A stretch of 63,954 nucleotides of DNA, counting the filler, from Sphacelaria rigidula (lineage: Eukaryota), in assembly GCA_964200075.2 (NCBI GenBank). It is 4 parts of 4 records of this genome, joined end to end, with 100 filler letters (N's around TTAATTAATTAA, not from the genome) between each part and the next. Parts side by side here need not be neighbours in the genome. Positions count along the whole stretch, not along the records: positions 48,050 to 63,954 come from CAXNAA020001553.1; 3 more parts are not named here. One strand, given 5' to 3'. Numbering within the stretch: position 1 is the stretch's first letter; each line of letters starts with the position of its first letter. The position numbers and the translations under genes were made by a program. Under the pieces are notes generated by a model, which saw only the letters and a program-made list of their open reading frames with translations, was not told the origin of the DNA and did not search any database. Positions 62,619-63,954 of this stretch are shown piece by piece.

Positions 62619-62660
<42 letters not shown>

Positions 62661-63092
62661 AAGGGAAACAACAAAAGCAAACTGTGCGAGCTCTGCCCCC
62701 CCACTTGTCTCAGTTATTGCCTACCACCGTCTATACCCAGTCTGCCTTCGTCCACTTTTCATGGGCATGTTCCTTTAAGTAAAGTCGCGACCTGCTCATA
62801 AGAAGACGAAACTCAGGATCACCTTGCGTTTCTTATCTGATGCGCACACATAGGTACAAGACAACCCCGCCGCAGGTTCTCTCACCTCATCTCCCATCCC
62901 CTGTGCTCCGACGCCTCCGGCGCATGAAGTGGATGATGACACATGCAGCGAGGATGATGACGATATTGCCGATTGGACGGTCTCGAGCGCAGAGCCGATT
63001 GCCCGCATTCTTTGCAGCAAACCATGAAACAACGGCTCAATTTGGGGATTATCCAGGCCGGGAATACCGAACATGAGCAGACGACGCACAAT
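48462..63092 (-). CDS. IPO11: Importin-11 / KAP120-like karyopherin-beta, internal exons only (partial)
   Basis: Phase-compatible GT-AG exons: 63092-62886 (IVRRLLMFGIPGLDNPQIEPLFHGLLQRMRAI..), 59034-58940 (ELWEIMAETVVDVQKAHPIGFA), 53569-53320 (RYLGAYLPFF..PVVIQCMTFIGNVVSCSSY; alternative donor 53359), 48576-48462 (..VGRLITGKGD..). The motif order resembles importin-11 as I recall it ('LRKL..GF', 'HPFSF', 'IVQCMNLI'). Confidence 0.72.
49190..50120. repeat. Diverged ~43-bp minisatellite, ~20 units, in intron
   Basis: Consensus approximately TACTTCCGGCAGTCCACACACCCxAGGTACCCxGAAATACTCGG. Confidence 0.85.
51480..51920 (+). repeat. Dispersed repeat family X copy
   Basis: Reverse complement of the copies at 53925-54350 and 58425-58900. 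Confidence 0.75.
52865..53155 (-). mobile_element. LINE family Y 3' end
   Basis: Reverse complement of the family Y consensus with a G-rich (C-tail) flank. Confidence 0.75.
53908..54350 (-). repeat. Dispersed repeat family X copy
   Basis: Long alignment with 58425-58900. Confidence 0.75.
54641..55546. mobile_element. TA-flanked non-autonomous element, copy 1
   Basis: The 5' end CAAGGTTCCCCTTCGGGAGGTTGGTAC and the ~350-bp 3' end are shared with 60036-61977; both flanks are (TA)n-like. Confidence 0.7.
56140..56431 (-). mobile_element. tRNA-derived SINE with (CAAT)n tail
   Basis: Same Pol III head as 13940-14008 (CCCCGGTGACTCAGTTGG..GTGGGTTCGAATCTCGG) but a different body and tail. Confidence 0.7.
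58425..58900 (-). repeat. Dispersed repeat family X copy
   Basis: See the other copies. Confidence 0.75.
60036..61977. mobile_element. TA-flanked non-autonomous element, copy 2 (with ~1.4 kb different internal sequence)
   Basis: Same ends as 54641-55546; short imperfect TIR CAAGGTTC/GATCCATG; TA at both sides. Confidence 0.7.
62500..62660 (+). repeat. Repeat 3' end with (CAA)n tail (also 56000-56125)
   Basis: 'ggaaggcgtcc.catcagat.cccagtacg..tac.gcg.agatatcggaacg..tt.aatgtgaagacaacaacaac' occurs at both sites. Confidence 0.75.
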
Positions 63093-63954
63093 CTGCGCGG
63101 GACCCCAGCGGGAAAAGGAAAAAAGCAGAAAACATGCGTTGACCTCCTCCACACAAAAAAATCATGATCACGTTTCGTATGGTCTTCGAAAAGAAACGGT
63201 TACGCAAGACTGATATATTCTCTTCGCGACCAACATACAAACAAACAAGCAAGCGGGCAAAATCAATACTATGTACGTTTTACTGTGATCTTGACAAGCA
63301 AGGATGTGGCAACTTGATCCTCATGTCCTCATTCGAGTTATGCTGCTGGGGAATGTAGTTTTGACAGACCTTCTCGGGACGTTTTCTTTTCTTTTCTGAA
63401 AGTGCATTTCTCAATGCTTCTTGAAAAATGAATGCCCCGCAGTACAATGATGATGGTGATCTCACAGAAAAGGACTCAGGAGGGCTTGACCTCGGCCCAC
63501 AGAAAGAGTGTTGTCACGCCTGCGTCCACAACACCCCACCGGAGTAGTCATGGCTTTGATTGATTGATTGATCGTCGCACTTTAACTGAACCCCAGGGGT
63601 CCAGCCGTGATATCATGATAAACGTACCCAAAAAAAACGAGAAAAAAAAAAAAAAAGGAACAGGAAAAAAAAAGGAAAAGAAAGAGGGGTCGAACAGAAC
63701 GACATAGCAGACTAAATCGTGACAAAAAAAGTGATAAAAAATTCAACACAAGCAAAGCGCAGAAAGAAATGGCCGACCTAAAGCAAGACAGACGGGAACA
63801 AGAGGAAAGTATAAATGAAATAAAAAACATGGCTGCCTACTAGTAGTACCGATTGAATAACTGTACGAGCTGGGCCAGCCCAGAAACTGATTTAACCTGG
63901 CAGAGCAATATCTCATCACCGGAGACGAATTGGGCCGTGGTCCGCATATCGTAT

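Noticed and set aside
5697-63092. Functional gene cluster linking PhzF, the membrane protein, EsV-1-7 and importin
   Set aside because: Each gene lies on a separate contig joined by artificial linkers.

Overview
Eukaryotic, intron-rich and repeat-rich DNA, most consistent with a brown alga (Phaeophyceae). The inference rests on the EsV-1-7 repeat gene, the long introns and the repeat families. The window is not contiguous. It consists of four ~15.9-kb contigs (1-15920, 16021-31939, 32040-47949, 48050-63954) joined by artificial N44-TTAATTAATTAA-N44 linkers in decreasing size order, so nothing should be inferred across the gaps. Contig 1 holds a degenerate Ty3/gypsy LTR retrotransposon, several MITEs/SINEs/LINE fragments and a spliced PhzF/PBLD-family epimerase gene (minus strand). 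Contig 2 holds the 3' seven exons of a membrane-protein gene of unknown function (minus strand), whose last intron (7.7 kb) is filled with nested elements. Contig 3 holds an intronless, disrupted gene with ~16 tandem 38-aa EsV-1-7 Cys/His repeats, surrounded by repeats. Contig 4 holds four internal exons of an importin-11-like gene (minus strand) with TE-filled introns. The most interesting observations are the modular EsV-1-7 array, two repeat families sharing an ATGAGTAC+C-rich 3' end, modular tRNA-derived SINEs and a (TA)n-associated element with different cargo in two copies. I found no unambiguous new biological system.
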